DNA of 63,773 nucleotides, the filler included, from Welwitschia mirabilis (taxonomy: Eukaryota): the NCBI GenBank assembly GCA_051453625.1. It is 6 parts of one record of this genome, joined end to end, with 100 filler letters (N's around TTAATTAATTAA, not from the genome) between each part and the next. Parts side by side here need not be neighbours in the genome. Positions count along the whole stretch, not along the records: positions 26,498 to 38,709 come from JBOZIK010000001.1; positions 38,810 to 41,205 come from JBOZIK010000001.1; positions 41,306 to 58,076 come from JBOZIK010000001.1; 3 more parts are not named here. The stretch is one strand, 5' to 3'. Positions 37,501 to 52,500 of this stretch are shown piece after piece. The notes beneath the pieces were generated by a model. It did not search any database and had not been told where the DNA came from. It was given only the letters and a program-made list of their open reading frames with translations. Within the stretch, counting starts at the first letter, position 1, and the number at the start of each line of letters is the position of its first letter. Position numbers and translations under genes: made by a program.

Positions 37501-40500
37501 ATATCCTCTCAATTTTTGCAAATCTGTTACTGGTAAAACCCTACATACCTTGTCCCTCTAATACCAACTACAATGCTTTCTAAAATATTTGCTCGTTCAG
37601 TTAGAAAAATTGCAAATCTAATTCGATCAACAATGATGCAGGAAAACATTAAGATTATTTTGCTAGTAAAAGCCTTCGTGTTAGTACTGCAGTGAGAAAA
37701 ATTCAATGTGTTTGGGAGAAAGAGAGATAATCCAAGCATAAAACAACTAACAATGGATAGCCTTCCTTTAGACCACACAGTTAGGGTCAAGACTCAATGA
37801 TAATTAATCAATGGAAGATTTAAAGTTTCAAGCATATCAACTGATGTGTGGGGGGATTAGATATCTAAAATTTTGTGCTCAATTTTGAATTTGAAATTCA
37901 AAATTTTATGAACATGTTTTAAAATTTGGTCTATCCATAGATCTGGGAGACCAAATTTATATTTGGCCACCCCAACATAATAAGTAACTCCTACAAATTC
38001 AAGCAATTCGATTTTCAACCAATTAATGCATCTATAAAAAGATCAAACTCAATCAAACAAAGAAGAACAACTAGTCGACACAATTTCTCTCAATTTAACC
38101 AAGCAGGAAATTTTATTTCAGTCGATCACTCAGTTACTTCTTCTAGTGGTGAACTAATATCCAAATTGCATCTTAGAAATTCAAATCTTTTAGTGGCTAA
38201 AGGCTTACTGAAAATGTCTACAATTTGATTCTTAATACACACATATCCGAAGGAAATAACGACACTTTTTAGTAATTCTCTAATAAAATGGAATTTAGTT
38301 ATCTATATCTTTTGCCTTGGAAAGTTGCACAGGATTGTGTGCAATGCTTATGGTACTCAAACTATCACAAAAGATAGGCAAACTTGCATTCACATCAACT
38401 AGGTGCAATAGTTGCTTGTCACTATATATTTAGCTTCAATTGTTAAATTGAATTTTTGTTTCTTGTTGTACCATGTTGCAAGACAACTTACAAGGAAGAA
38501 ACATTTACCATTTGTACTTTTTTTCTTTAAATCATCAATGCATCCATCCGTATCCATATCACTATATCTTATAAGACTATGTCAGTATTATAAAGTTACC
38601 ATAAAGGCATAAACCAAACTTACATGCAGTGATTAAAAATGCGCGACATGTCGCGTCGCCCTTTTTTCAGTTGTAAACTTGCTCCCTGTCGGCCGACATT
38701 TTGGGCCGANNNNNNNNNNNNNNNNNNNNNNNNNNNNNNNNNNNNNNNNNNNNTTAATTAATTAANNNNNNNNNNNNNNNNNNNNNNNNNNNNNNNNNNN
38801 NNNNNNNNNCTTGTTCTATCTTCATTATCCTTCTTCCTTCCCTTCCTCAATCTCTCCTTATTCTTCTTCTAACTTCCTTTCATCCCCATCCTTTTTTAAC
38901 TTCCCCCCTTCTACCTTTCCTCTTTGAACATGCATCTTCGTATCTTTCCTTACATCCCATGCTCCTTAAAAGGAGGTTCTTAGGTTTTCCCCTTTCATTC
39001 CTTAGCTACCACTCCCTATCTTGCGTCTCCCTTATAGTGTCAAGTTACTCCCATGTTCGTGCCTTTGCATCCTTTTTGAATACTGTCAGATCTATACTTG
39101 GACCTTGCCTTTAGGAATCCCTCCTTTTCAAGACAACCTTCCCAAGATGTTCGCCCCTCGCATGTTCCATGAGTTAAAAAACTTCATCCTCCTCCTCCTC
39201 TCCATTCTAATAAGAATAACACTTCCTCCTCCCCAATCACCTAAACTCTTCCTTCAAGTTTGCTTTTCCCTCTACTATCTCCTCAAGTTTACCTAGGGCT
39301 CACTTGGAGATCACATAGGACACATCATGATCACTACATGAGTATAAGCCTAAGGCCCATGTCAATGGCCACTGTTCTAGTTGGGTAATCCTGTGTGGCA
39401 CTAGTAGGGACCTTACTGGTCTAACTTCAACTAGTGAATGTTCATCCTTCCTTTTTGCCAAATCTAGAAAAGTCCCAAGGTTGCATCAAACTCTTGTGTT
39501 GCTCTAAAATGAAGCAAGCTTGCTAGTGATGTTATCCCACACAAGAAGTAGCAGTTTAGTGCCCAGTAGCACAACAATTCTTTTGGTAGGACAGTCTTTT
39601 GCACCAATTGAGCACTCCACACCCTTTATTCTCTACCTCTAAGTGCAAATCTATTACAACCTACTCTACCTTCAAGTATAGACACATTGTCAAGAGAAGA
39701 TAGGAAGTGTAATGGTGAATAATCTGCACCTACAAGATCAACCCTACCTAGGGTTTTGCAAAGCAATATGAAGTTGGGATTATACCATTGCTCTTTACAA
39801 AAGAACAATAACAACACAAGCACCACACATGATGAACCGTCGATGACAATTCTGATTTGATTTACTAGGTTCTACGAGGGCAATAGATTTTAGGTTTATG
39901 CTATTTAAACGCATGTATCAATGAAATTAAAAACGCACATACAAACAGATGGTGCAACAAAATTAAAAACAATAGCTGAAATTAGATTACAACAACAAAT
40001 CAACCACTAGAATCAGAGAACCTCGAGAATTTTCAAAGCCTTTGGGAAACGTCAACGTCAACAAAGAATGCACAATTGTATGAACATTTAAGTAAATCCA
40101 ACATTATAGCAATCAAGACGGCTCTTATTAGGGCTGATGTATCCCCAGAAATATTTGAAGATACTTGCAAAATGAGATCCTTCATGTTTTCGGCGATCAG
40201 ATAGAAAACCAGCTAGGATCTTAGAAGAACCCGAGGAACGTTCAAGATTTGGGTAGGGCACAATAGTTGTGGATCACTGTTATGGCAAGGTTTTTTTTCA
40301 ATTCGGAAAGGATGCGAGAATGTGATGGGTATTGAATCTGAAAAATTCCTAATTGTTATCCCTTAACCCCAAAGTTAGGGTCTTAATGGTGTATTTAAAG
40401 ACAAAGTTAGGGTTTATCAATACCTTGTCATGTGTCAAAAAATTATTGGTCTTTTGGATGAGGGTTTTGCTAATGTTTGGGCTTTGATATTTTATTTTTC

Positions 40501-43500
40501 TCTATTATACACATTTCTTCTTTTTCTTCTTCTTTAAAGATATGAAGACCAATGGGGGTATCAAGCCCAAGGGAGATATCAAGCCCATAACAAGATTTGA
40601 ATGGAGATTATGGAATTTTAGGAATTTCATGGGATTCGAGGAATGGGAGAGGGATTTGTAGTCATTGAGGCATGACTTATGGTGCCACATCTATTTAGGA
40701 ATATCAAATTTTGATCTTACGGGAATGCCATCTCTTATTATTACAATGATTGCTCCTTTATCATCCCAACTACTACCTACCATTTCATTTTCTTCTATAC
40801 ATCACCTCCTACGTCTCTACCCTTAGATAATAGATGTAGCCTTTCCTCTTCTTTCCTACCTTTAGGTCCCTGCATCTGCATGGCCACCTCTCAACACAAG
40901 TTTCTTCCCTTCCCTAGTCTCTTTCTCTTCCTTTTCTACCATGGATTTGTTGATTCCCACCTTGGGCAAAGACCATTGCACTTCATTCCCTAGGTAGTAG
41001 TAACTAGCTTCCATTATTAACAATGATTACCTTTATAATTCCAGCTACCTAGGCTTTTGGAGAGCTCCATTTTAAATTTATAGCATGCCATTGTCGGTCA
41101 CAATTTTAGTTACAAGATTGCCCTTGTGATAATCAGTTCTAATCTGATTTGAATATCATATTTTTCTCCTTCTTTTGTGCTTATCCTCATTCCATTTTGT
41201 ATGCCNNNNNNNNNNNNNNNNNNNNNNNNNNNNNNNNNNNNNNNNNNNNTTAATTAATTAANNNNNNNNNNNNNNNNNNNNNNNNNNNNNNNNNNNNNNN
41301 NNNNNTTGTGAAGGTTTTGGGCCTTACTACGCATTTAGGTCAAAACTGTGACCTACACTTTTAAACTCTAGCCTTCTTCCACACTTCTACCCAATGGAGG
41401 GCACCATCTCTTACCCTATCTAAGGAAAGAGCTTGGAGCTGTAATTCTCTTCCTTTCTCTTCGTTGATGCTAGTTATGCTCTAATGTACTCCCTCCCTAG
41501 AGAATCTCCTTCATGAGTTTCATTACAAGCTATTCTCCGCTTATAAACATGTTTTCTTTTATTTTGCTTTTGCATATCCTATCTTGTTCTCCTGCTTCCT
41601 CCCTCCATTGTTAGTGGCGAAGGACTAGGGAAGAGGCATATTTAGGTTCTCACTCTCCCATAAAGAAAGGGTTTACTAATTTCAAGACTTTCTTTTAGTT
41701 TTGTTACTAATAAAGCTTTTGGTTCTTGTTTGGACTCTAGAATCTTATTCTGAAGACAAGCTAGAGATAAGAGTAACAAGGACCAATGCTAGACACCCCT
41801 CCTCTCTTTTAGGGAAGTCATGATAGTACTTCACAATGATAAAAGAAGACCACCTACCAATGCACACTTCTACCTTTGGCTGAGAAGTAGATCTTCTAAA
41901 GCGTTTAGAGAAGAATCAGCGTTGGAACCTCTATTCCCAATTTCAACATCTGTCCTAGACTCCTTTCTAGGATATCTTGGAAGTCTGGAACAATGTAAAG
42001 GAGATCACCTTCTTGGTGAATCCTCTCTCCCTTTTCATTTCTCTTTTAGATTTTCTTCATTTGATAATTATTTCGTGAGGTTCACACCATACTCAAGCCG
42101 ACATTGCCCTACGTTGCCCCGAGTTACTTTGTACCATAAGGGCCTTTCTTAGAGTACCTCATTTCTAGCAGCCCTCCAATAAAGTCCAAGAAACCTCACT
42201 TTCGAAAGTGGATGTTATTGTCTTTCCATGTCTAGGTAAAGGAATTTGCATCAACACACACAGGATGTGCAAGGGAGGAGAGCCAGCAAAACGCTGAAAT
42301 AAAAATGGGACATAAAATGAGAAGTAGAGAGAGGGACAGAGGGGAGGAAAAGGGAGGAGGAGCATGAAAAGGGGTCTACCTGAGGTTGGGGGAAGGAATT
42401 TCAACCAAAAAAAAAGGGGCCCCTCATCTAATGGGGGGGAAGGTTGAGTACCAACATTAACAAATTTCTAGGAGCCATGAAAACACTTTTCAAAAACATG
42501 GCTTTCCAAAGCCAACCACGGGGGCAAAACAATATCTCCAATACCAGTTGTTGAGAATAAGGGATGATAACTAAGGAGCTAAGGAAAACACGTGCATGTT
42601 GCCAAACTTCATCTTTCATTACAATGAAAGAAAAGCAATGCAAAGGGATTTCCAATCGCCTATGAAGTCCAGGCAAATGATTAGACAATACTCTTCCATT
42701 TCTTCCCATCACAATTTATAGATGAGGTTGTCTGAGCAAGTAGCAATCAATGCATAATAAAATCATAGATTCACTGAATCTGATCATCTCTCTAATCTAT
42801 CTATAGTCTTCCAGATTTCACTACAAGTTTATTCCTAAAAATGTCTAGAATGTTGACATTGCATCTTTACATAAAAAGTGTAATTTTCTACAACTGCTAC
42901 ACTGGTGCAAGTGTAGATCATGCATCAGACCTCAACTCCTTTGTGCTTTTGCAGGCTTAACAATCACCTGGACAAGAAGTGACCTAGGTATCATTTCATT
43001 TGAATTTCTTCTCTTCCTCTAGCATGCCCTTAATATATTTCCATTCTTGCCTCCTGCCATATTTCTCTCTTACAAGTTTGTAGTGATCTATGTTCCTGTT
43101 CATTGTTAGAGAAAGGTCCTGTTACTTATTGTCCGCTCTATGTATCAAGGGACATAAACATTTCTTCCAAAAGTTGTTGATATTTAATTGTCTTTCAGCC
43201 AAAAAAGGCTTGCTGCTGGGTTGGTAGCAATTAGTTGTATCTATGTCACTTTAAGGAACCAGGGAAGGAGTCAATCGACCCTGAGAGCGTAGTAGGCTGT
43301 ATCCAGATCTCTGTAAGAATCTATTTGTGTTATCTTTCTTTTTCTGCTGTTTATTTCCTGTTATTTCCTATGTTATATAAGCAGCATCTATACATATATC
43401 TGCTTCCAAAGACGTGGATTTTAATTAGTTTTGAAAGAAAGTAATTTTAGCGTGGGTTCCATTCCCTGGTGATAACTCATCCCTTACTTGTCTTTGAGTA

Positions 43501-46500
43501 CTTGACATTCAACAACCCACAGGAAGAATAACTGCATCAATCATTCAAATTATGTGGCCTGAGACCAAAATGATTTTTTTAAAGTTATTTATAATGCCTC
43601 GGAAGCCCATATTGAAGTTGTTTAATTAATATTTTTGCCCAATCAATGCTAGAAGCAATTTGAGAATACAACTTACAAGCCTGATTGCAAACACTTCACC
43701 CATAAAAAGGCATAAGAGTACAGTAGATTGCTGCTGAAAATTCTATGCTAATAATGCCAGATGCAAATTGCAAATATTGTTCTGTACCTGTAAGGCATCA
43801 AGACAGCTCCAGCATGGCCTCCATGGCCAGTAAATCCTGCCTTAATGCTTGCAGGTGCTGCAATTGCAGTAACAATTCCTATGGGAATCCCTACAGCAGG
43901 CAAGAACTTGTCAAGGATAAAACTGAAACATGACAGAGACACACAGTATGCAAAAGTATAAATATTAGTGCAAATAGCAGAACGATACAAGAAAGCAAGA
44001 CAAAGTTGCATGATAGGAGTATGCTCACCTTCTTCTTCAAGTAGAGGACCTTGTTCAATGTGCAGCTCTATAAACCCTGCATATGCATTTTCTGATAACT
44101 TGACAGTCTCTAAATGTTCTAAAGCACCAGTATATCCTGCAGCTTTTGCTGCTTCTTCAAATGTTATGTTTTGGTTGTCAACTGAAAGTTTTAGTTTCTC
44201 TATCATTTCTTTGCTACCCGACAACAACCGGCTGTTGGCACACCACTTACATGAGTTACGTTTTTAGAATAAAATAAGAAATAAAAACTAAAATGAAAAT
44301 AATGAAAATATATCCATGAACAGAAACTGGCATTCATATAAGATGCCTTAGCAACTGCATGCAAAATTTCACTAACATAGAAGTACTGTTATCATCCTCA
44401 AATCATTTCATTGCATGGAACACTTAAAAATGGTAGATATGTGCACAACTCATCACCTTCCTAGGCAGCTGATACCAAAACGTGTAGGCTCCTCAGATGT
44501 AAACATAATCACTTCCAGTGACCTTTTAGGTTGAAATGATATTCTACAGAAAAAATCACCACTTGCATGAGTTTTGACAGTAGTAATAAGAACAGAATTT
44601 TATTTGCTTACATGCATGGTCAAAAAGCGAGATGCTTCTCTATTTATAAACCAAACATAAGGCACTATAAATGCTATCAACAATGCATGAATACTAAAAT
44701 AAACTAGATCGAATTTTTGCAGCTGTTAGAAATCCTACTAAACACTAAAAAAGAAAAGAAAAGAAAAGAAAAGAAAGAAAAGGGAAAAATGACTGAAACA
44801 GCACAATACAAACCTTCTTAGCAAATTAATTGCTTCAATGGCACCTAATACCCCAACAACGCCATCATACTTGCCTGAGTGGGGAATGGCATCGATATGG
44901 GATCCAGTGGCTACACTAGGCAAATTTGGATCTGAGCCCTCCCTGTTTATTATGCAGAAAATGTGGCAAAACCAGAAAAAATTAGTATATAATGCAAATA
45001 AGCTTCAACTACCAAAGAATAGAATTAAGCAAGCAAAGAACGATGTTTCCAAACAGCAAAAAATCCAAATGAATAGATTCAAGCCAGATAATAGTCAAAT
45101 TGAAGTAACGCTCTATAAATCTAATAGAAATCCAACTCATGATAAAAAGGAAAAGGAAAATGCTGAGAATTCTCAGAAAAGAATCTCAAAAGTAAACATT
45201 ACCACAACAAATAGTTTTCTAAAACCAAAGAAACCTTCATTGTATGAACAGATATGAAGGGATGCTCTTGAATCAACAATTAAAACATTTGGAGAGAAAT
45301 AAATGAAGACATTAAACTCTCTATTTCTAGTAATTGACATTATATCAAACTCACCTCCTAAATCTAAATTTTATCTTCTACTGTTCATCTGTGACTTACT
45401 TGAAACCTTTCCTTTCCTTTAGTGTTTCACTGCACAAGAGTCCTTCCTCACTGCCCCTCCTTTTGGTAAAACCAGCAACCTCCCTTGCCATGCCCAGCAG
45501 ACCTAACTCTGCTGTCTCCTCTTCCCCAGGTCCTCTGGACTTGAGCCTAATTGCCAACTGCCAAAGTTGGGGATTATGACTCAGCCACAAGAGTCACAAG
45601 CTATCTGTTTTCCTTAAGGGTGTAGCAGCTCCAGCTTAAGATAGAAGCAACAAAGTTTTGCCAGATATTTGGCAGAAATCTAAAGCTCATCTGTAAACAG
45701 AATGTAGATATTATCTATCTAACTAAACATATTCCATGTCTTATCCAGATGCACTAGGAAGAAAGTGTCATCTTTTGTCTTTGTCATAAAGGCAACAGAC
45801 AACAACAAAATTTCTTTATCCTTAATGATTAGTCATACTAATTTTGCACCTTCACCCCTGCAAATGGAATGCAAAGGTTGTCTAACAGTCTAACTAACTA
45901 AACATGTTCTACATCTCACCCAGATACACTAGGAAGAAAGTGTCATCTTTCATCTTTGTCATAAAGGCAATAAACAACACACAAACTTCTTGATTGTTAA
46001 TCTTATTTCTTGATTGTTCATTGCTGGTCATACCATTTTTCACCTTCACCCATGGTTTTGCATGGTCTTAATATTTTCATTTGCTTGCAGAATATTGTCA
46101 CTCAAACAAACTATGCACTCTTCCTAGGAGTGGAAAGCATGTTTGCAACCCTTCTCTCCCTAAATGTCCTCTATTAAAATGTTTCAACTACTCTAATAAA
46201 CTTCCAATCACACCTCTATATAACTTCCAATCAACAGTTTTCACAAGTTCATCTAAGCTTATCTTCACTGATTTGCTCATAGAAGCGTTGCAATCTTTAC
46301 AATCAATCATGTTGTATTTCTCAAGAATATCATTAAGATATTACCTTGGCACATTAAAATTCCATTCTTGCATTGCTTGATCTGCAGAGCAAAAAAGAAG
46401 CTCCAGTCACCTAATATTCTCATCTGTAACTCAGATCTCACAAGATTAGTAAAATCATGAGGAAACTTTTCTAATGTAGAACTAAAAATGATATCATCTA

Positions 46501-49500
46501 TATAAATCTAAACAATAAGAATATGATCACTAATTTTCTTCATAAATTCAGTAGTATCAAAATGACCCTGCACAAACTGTCTTGAAACTAGAAGTGCAGA
46601 CAAATGTTTATACCATGCTCTAGGTGGTTGCATTAGTCCTTTTAAGTATTTTCTTAAGTTTGTAAACATAGTCCAGATGCTCAGAATCTTCACAACCTGG
46701 CGGTTGTGATACATGCAACTTTTTATTTATATAACCATTAAAAAAAGCACCTTTCAGATCATTTCAGACAACAGAGCATGCAAACAACAAAAGAATTCTA
46801 ATGGATTCTAATCTTGCTATTGGTAACAAGGAATCTTGAACAGTCGATCAACCTTTGTTGAGGCCAACTGCCACCTTGCATTCAGCCACAAATGTCCAAC
46901 AGTTGACCAACCTACCAAAAGTCCAATCAACTTCATATCATGCAGCTTCTAGTTTGACACTTTAGAGTTGTTTAATTGACCCAACAAATATCCAATTGAA
47001 TCTCTATCTGATATGCACTCTACCTTGACTTTATTTGGAAACTTTTGATGAATTTATGCTCGCACACACTGTTATAGTGGTTAAGGATAAACCCTCCTCT
47101 GCTCTCAGAAGATAGCTAAGAGCTCATGCAATTCTGCATCTCTGAAATCAACATGCAAGGTTTTCTCACCCAAAAAAACTTTACAAGTGTGTTGTCTGGC
47201 CACATCTCAACATTCAAATCGACAAGAGTAGAAAGGGTAAGCCTAGATTCCTCATATTCACTCAATAATGAAGCACAAACTAGTAACTTGAATGCTCAAA
47301 TGGTGCAAATGAAGTTCAAAAGAAGAATATGGAAGTGATAATACAAATATTTGACAATGTTATGAGCTGAGTAGCCTTTGGCAAGGACAAAGAAGATGAA
47401 TAAATAACTTTTTTATTCAATATAGCCATTAGGGAACTGCAGTGAGGTGCACTAGAAGGTAGGAACTCCACAAAATCTAGCAAGCGTTGCAAACATGGAA
47501 GTTTTCAAATTGAAAATCTGATTAGTGCACAATTTCAATCAATCTATTGGGCTATGCATTCGGCCAAGTCTTGCTCATTGACAAAGACTACAAGTAGTCT
47601 AGTCAAGCCAATGAGTTATCTGGTCAACTTGATCACAAGCTACTAACAAAGGCCAAAAACAACTTATCATCTGACTATCCCAACAAGAGTTCAACAGTCA
47701 TGATGCTTAGAAACAAAAATAATCAATTAGTTAGAACAAGATTCAAAGGTATGCTACACTCATGGTGAACCCCTTTTTTCTTTTTCCTTTTTTTCCCCCT
47801 CAAATAGACACCTCAAGGCTATCTGAAACATGTTGCACTTGCCAAATAATAAAATTCAATTATATGACATATGACACCAATGTCAATTTATCTAACAATC
47901 TCCCCCTTTAGAGACATTTCATCAACAACTTAAATCTAAAACCATAATCCTGAATGATAATTTAGCACATAAATTATCATTGAAACTTGACTCTTATTAA
48001 CAATCTCGCCCTTTTGGATGATGGCAAGATGTTAAAAGGCAAATAAAGATAGTGAAGGAAAGAAATACTCCCACTGAAAGATGTTATTTTAAGTTTTCAT
48101 AGGTGAAGGAATGAAATACTCCCACTGAAAGATGGTATTTTAACTTCCTATAGGAAAGGTCCAAACAAACTCACCTTGAACAAAATGTCTCTAGTGAAAG
48201 TTGAAGTTCAACTCAGGGCCCCAAGTGGAGGACGTAGGATCTGTATAACCATTGAGGGAACTGGGGTAAATAGGGTTATTGGAGTTCACCTCACCCAACT
48301 GATAATGAAATTTACTTATTATGCTAGAAAACAAAATTATCTATTCTACTGCAGGTTCTCTCTAATTAGCACAATGACGAAGCATAAGAACACAATTTTA
48401 TAGGGGTTCAGAATAACCGAGATTCCAGTCTCCAAAGATAGTCAACAACTTAGACTACTATGGATCTCTGTGATCATCAATCAAGGTTTTCTCAAGTTCA
48501 CTTCAAACCTTTCCTATCAGACTTGTCTGGTTAAGTGTCAACCTTCAAATCAGTAGCAGAATGAGTGAAAATGGTAAGCCCATATTACTCATATTCACTC
48601 AACAATGAAGCACAAAGTAGAAGCCTCAATGCTTTAATGATACAAATGTAGTTTTAGAATATACTGCAAGAAGGTGAGAAAATGATAGTACAAAACTTTG
48701 ATCTCTAAATAATGTTGTGACCTATTGGGAAACTGAAGTGAGCTGCGCTATAAGGTAGGAACTCTAACTAATCAAACTAGAATTGCAAAGGAGCAAGTTT
48801 TTGAATTCAAGATTGGACTACTGCACAGACCCAGCATGCCATTCACTCAACCTACTCTTGATTGCTAATAAATACTGCAAATGGTGGTGACTAAAATGAG
48901 CAAAGAACTAATCAGATTCCCTCCATGACACTGTCAAACCATCAGCTCATTCAATGCTAGCTATTATCCAGTACAAAAGAGCGACCTTCTGCATCCCTCT
49001 TCAAATTCACAAGAGCCATAAGAACAAAATAAATTAAGGAATTTGACTTCATAATCTCAACATAGCAGAGCAAAGCATAGCAAGTTGAAAAATGAACAAA
49101 ATGATGGAAATCCATATGGCCTTAATATAGTGTGTCTGTACAATTTTATTGTTTTTAATCCAAATTTGTGAAAACAAAAAAGAGTTTGCAAAAGGCAAGC
49201 AGACTTGTTGGACAAAATTAAAATATCTAATGCATCCTCACCAAAAAGATTCTGATGCTACAGATGATATCAAAATGCTCTTCACACCCAAACTCTACGG
49301 AATTGAGCATTTTGATCAGATAAAGATGAAAGCAAAAGCCCTGACTTCCATCTAGTCCTATCTGAGCGATAACTTGTTTGCCTCTTTGGCTGAGGAATTG
49401 AATGTCATTGTTCTTTGGTAAAAGTCAAAGAACAAGTTTGATAAGGAGTTTGGGCTAGATCAATTTCATGTCTACTAGAAGATTTACAAGGTGCAGATGA

Positions 49501-52500
49501 AGAGGTTTCTCTACAAGACTATATGGATGATATGATGGCAGTATTTTTAAAGTTTTAGGAGTTTGACATTTCGATACATGATATGATCAAATGATATGCA
49601 ATTCTTAGTTCCCTTTCAGATAGAGCGGTCTCAATTGTGACAACCATAACCACATTTATAAGCATAGTGTTTCGACACATGACACAGGCAGGTGTTATGC
49701 ATTTGTATGTTGCTTGGATTTTTGAGCAATATATCATCTAGTTTTGATGACATATTGCCCCTTTTTCAACACTAATATCAAGTGCTCAAATGGTTGTGTA
49801 AAATGATTCAACCTTTTCTTGAAGCTCTGTAAATCTGTTCGAAATGAACCAAACAATAGCAGGATGATGGTAAAAATTAAGAGGAACTGAAATGATTGCC
49901 TTTTCATTCCCCCAAAAACTTTGGTGATGCATTCAGATGGTAACTTTAAGCCTTCTCCATAGATTAATTTATTTACCAAATGGATAACAGGTGTCCTTTG
50001 AAGTCCTGGATTCTCATTGTTACACTTTGCATTGCCCCTTGAACACTCTAAAATTGTCCAAATGCTTCAGAACAATGCTATTCAAGTTGTTTGAATTCAA
50101 GTAAGCACTTCCAGGAATCCAAAATACATTAGAGTTACGATGGACAAATTAAGCTATTAACAAAGGGGTTCCACACTTAAAAGCTGAAGAATTTTAAAGG
50201 CACATCCACGTGATTTCAAAGTGCCTTCAAGCTAGTTGAAGGTAAGGACAGATTCGATCATCATGTCCCTAAGCTTTTTCAATGACCTAGTTTAACTTCT
50301 AACCCTCAGGTCATGTGGGAATACACTTTCAGATATCTGAGTATGAGAACGAATTTCAATGTATTTGATGGTGTGGCATCATAAGTCATGCACCACTAAC
50401 CATACTATCCTTTAATGCCCTTGTCATGTTTCATCCAATCCCTAAATTCATCCATATTAGCCCAAAACTACAAAAATCCTAATAATAACCATTTTTGCAC
50501 CAGGGAACACCCAAAATGGCCACATAAGTTAGGTTTGGACGCCAAAAACCATCAAACTCTATCTATGGCAACCGATCACACTTTGACACCTGGCAAGTAA
50601 CCTACAACCTTAAAATTGTCAATAAATACTATTTTGAACCCTCTCTTTTGGAATTTAAGCCCACTTTCATCATTCCTTGAGCATGCAAGTCTCCATCATT
50701 CTTAAGCAAGCCCATCGCTCATCAGTATTCAAAACCGTAATCATATCATGTACTGCTTTCCATGGAACCTTCTGTCATAGTTTGGGCATGCATAAGTCAC
50801 TCATATTCTGTTCTAAATAACAAAGAAGTGTTTGCTGTGATTTCTCCAGGTTTAGAGTCTTTTCTCTCTAAAATTTTGAAAGTTTTGTAATTTCTCTATC
50901 ATGCTTGACCATATTCTGAAATAAACTTCTGTTCAGTTATCTTTTCATTATTTAAAACATCCAGATGCCCTAATTAATCCCAGTACATCTCTTAAGCATC
51001 TTCTCTCCTCATCTTAAACCCTGGTCTATCTTTTTCTCATCTTACTAAGAAACTCTGGTTAGGGTTTCTCCTCCCCATAGCAACCAAGAAATCTCTATCC
51101 CTCCACCAAGAATTACTGCAAATTAGATGGATCAATAACTTTTAGTAATGCAAAGTTGGTTCATAAAAGGGAGGTTGATCCTAGTTTAAGGTCCAATAGT
51201 TAAAATGGATTCAATGATCGAATGAAAGGAAAACAGTAGAGGGTAATTACAACATTTAATAGCTATGTATGAATTTCGTTTTGTTCATCATTAACAACTA
51301 CCAATTTACTATTCCATTGACACAGTGAATATCTAAAACCAAAAAGTCCAGCAAACAAAATCAAAAATATTTTTACTGGACAACATGCTTATAATTTTGG
51401 TAATTGCCATTGTCCTTGAACCACTGACTGCACTGAACTAGAGGTTTTAATGTACAGCTACAGCATTTCTCCAACATTAGCCAACAAACATTAGAAAAGA
51501 AACATCCATGTAAGCATTTCGCCAAATCGCCAAATCAATGATTAATGTGAAGTTTTTTCACCTTTTTAATGTTTAGAATAAAATTGCTAATTATTAAACT
51601 TTTGTGAAAACTAAAAAGCCACGAAACTCCTACTAAAGATTGAAGCTACAAAGTCACATGTAAAAAATTCAATGTTCCCTTAAGATTGTAAAGACAAACT
51701 CACTTTCCAAAATAAACTATAAACTTCCTTTAATGCACACTATTATTTTTCAAGTAAAATACAAAAAGCTTTGTACTTTTAAGCATGGAATGCCATGAGA
51801 AGAATGTGAAGAAAAATATCAATGTCAATACAACAAAAATTATCAAATCATAGAAGCTTTGGAAGCTAAGTAGGACATATCTAGATATAAGAATGTGTGT
51901 CAATCAAATACAATTCTTTCAACATATTTTTATGTGTGCTAGAATACCACATACACTTGTTTTTTTAATTTTTGATAAGAACAATTAATAAAGTATTGGT
52001 TTTCAATGCCCTGGAGTAACTTTTAAATGTTTTGAAATTCTAATTATCCTAGTCCCCAGACGCAACAAAATGATTGTTTGGTAAGCTATAAATATTAATC
52101 ATGTTATCATTTTAATGTGTAACACACCCCTAGTGATTACATTTTTCTCCATCTAACAAAGAAGTAGGATCCAGACATGCACATAAATCTTGACACAAAA
52201 CTAACAGCCCATATTATGGTAATGGTATGATGCATCTAGTACTTGTCCTGTTTCTTTTTTAATGTGTAAAGTCATCCTCAATTAGTCTTGTTTTTGCAAA
52301 AAAATCATTTCCTGATTTTTAATGTATTTATTTGAATTGCCCTTTTTTTTTTGGTTGATATGATCTGATTTAGATGCTGACCTTTGTGCCAATTCTGATT
52401 TATAGGGTTCAAGATCTTTTTGCCGATCCTAACTTTGAATACTGCGAAGAAATGAATAGTTTGTCAAAAACTTCAAAAATGAACATTGATGTCTTCACAT

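Noticed and set aside
43201-43300. LAAGLVA / [10 protein letters not shown] as the missing UAH exon
   Set aside because: Wrong strand, not one frame, no splice sites, poor similarity; lies in a probable solo LTR.
44747-44785. (GAAAA)n tract near an exon donor; other simple repeats at 12530-12569 and 16305-16337
   Set aside because: Ordinary micro/minisatellites with no evidence of function.
45660-45700. cag|ATGAGCTT as the UAH IDEL exon
   Set aside because: An immediate stop follows DEL, and the position is out of exon order.
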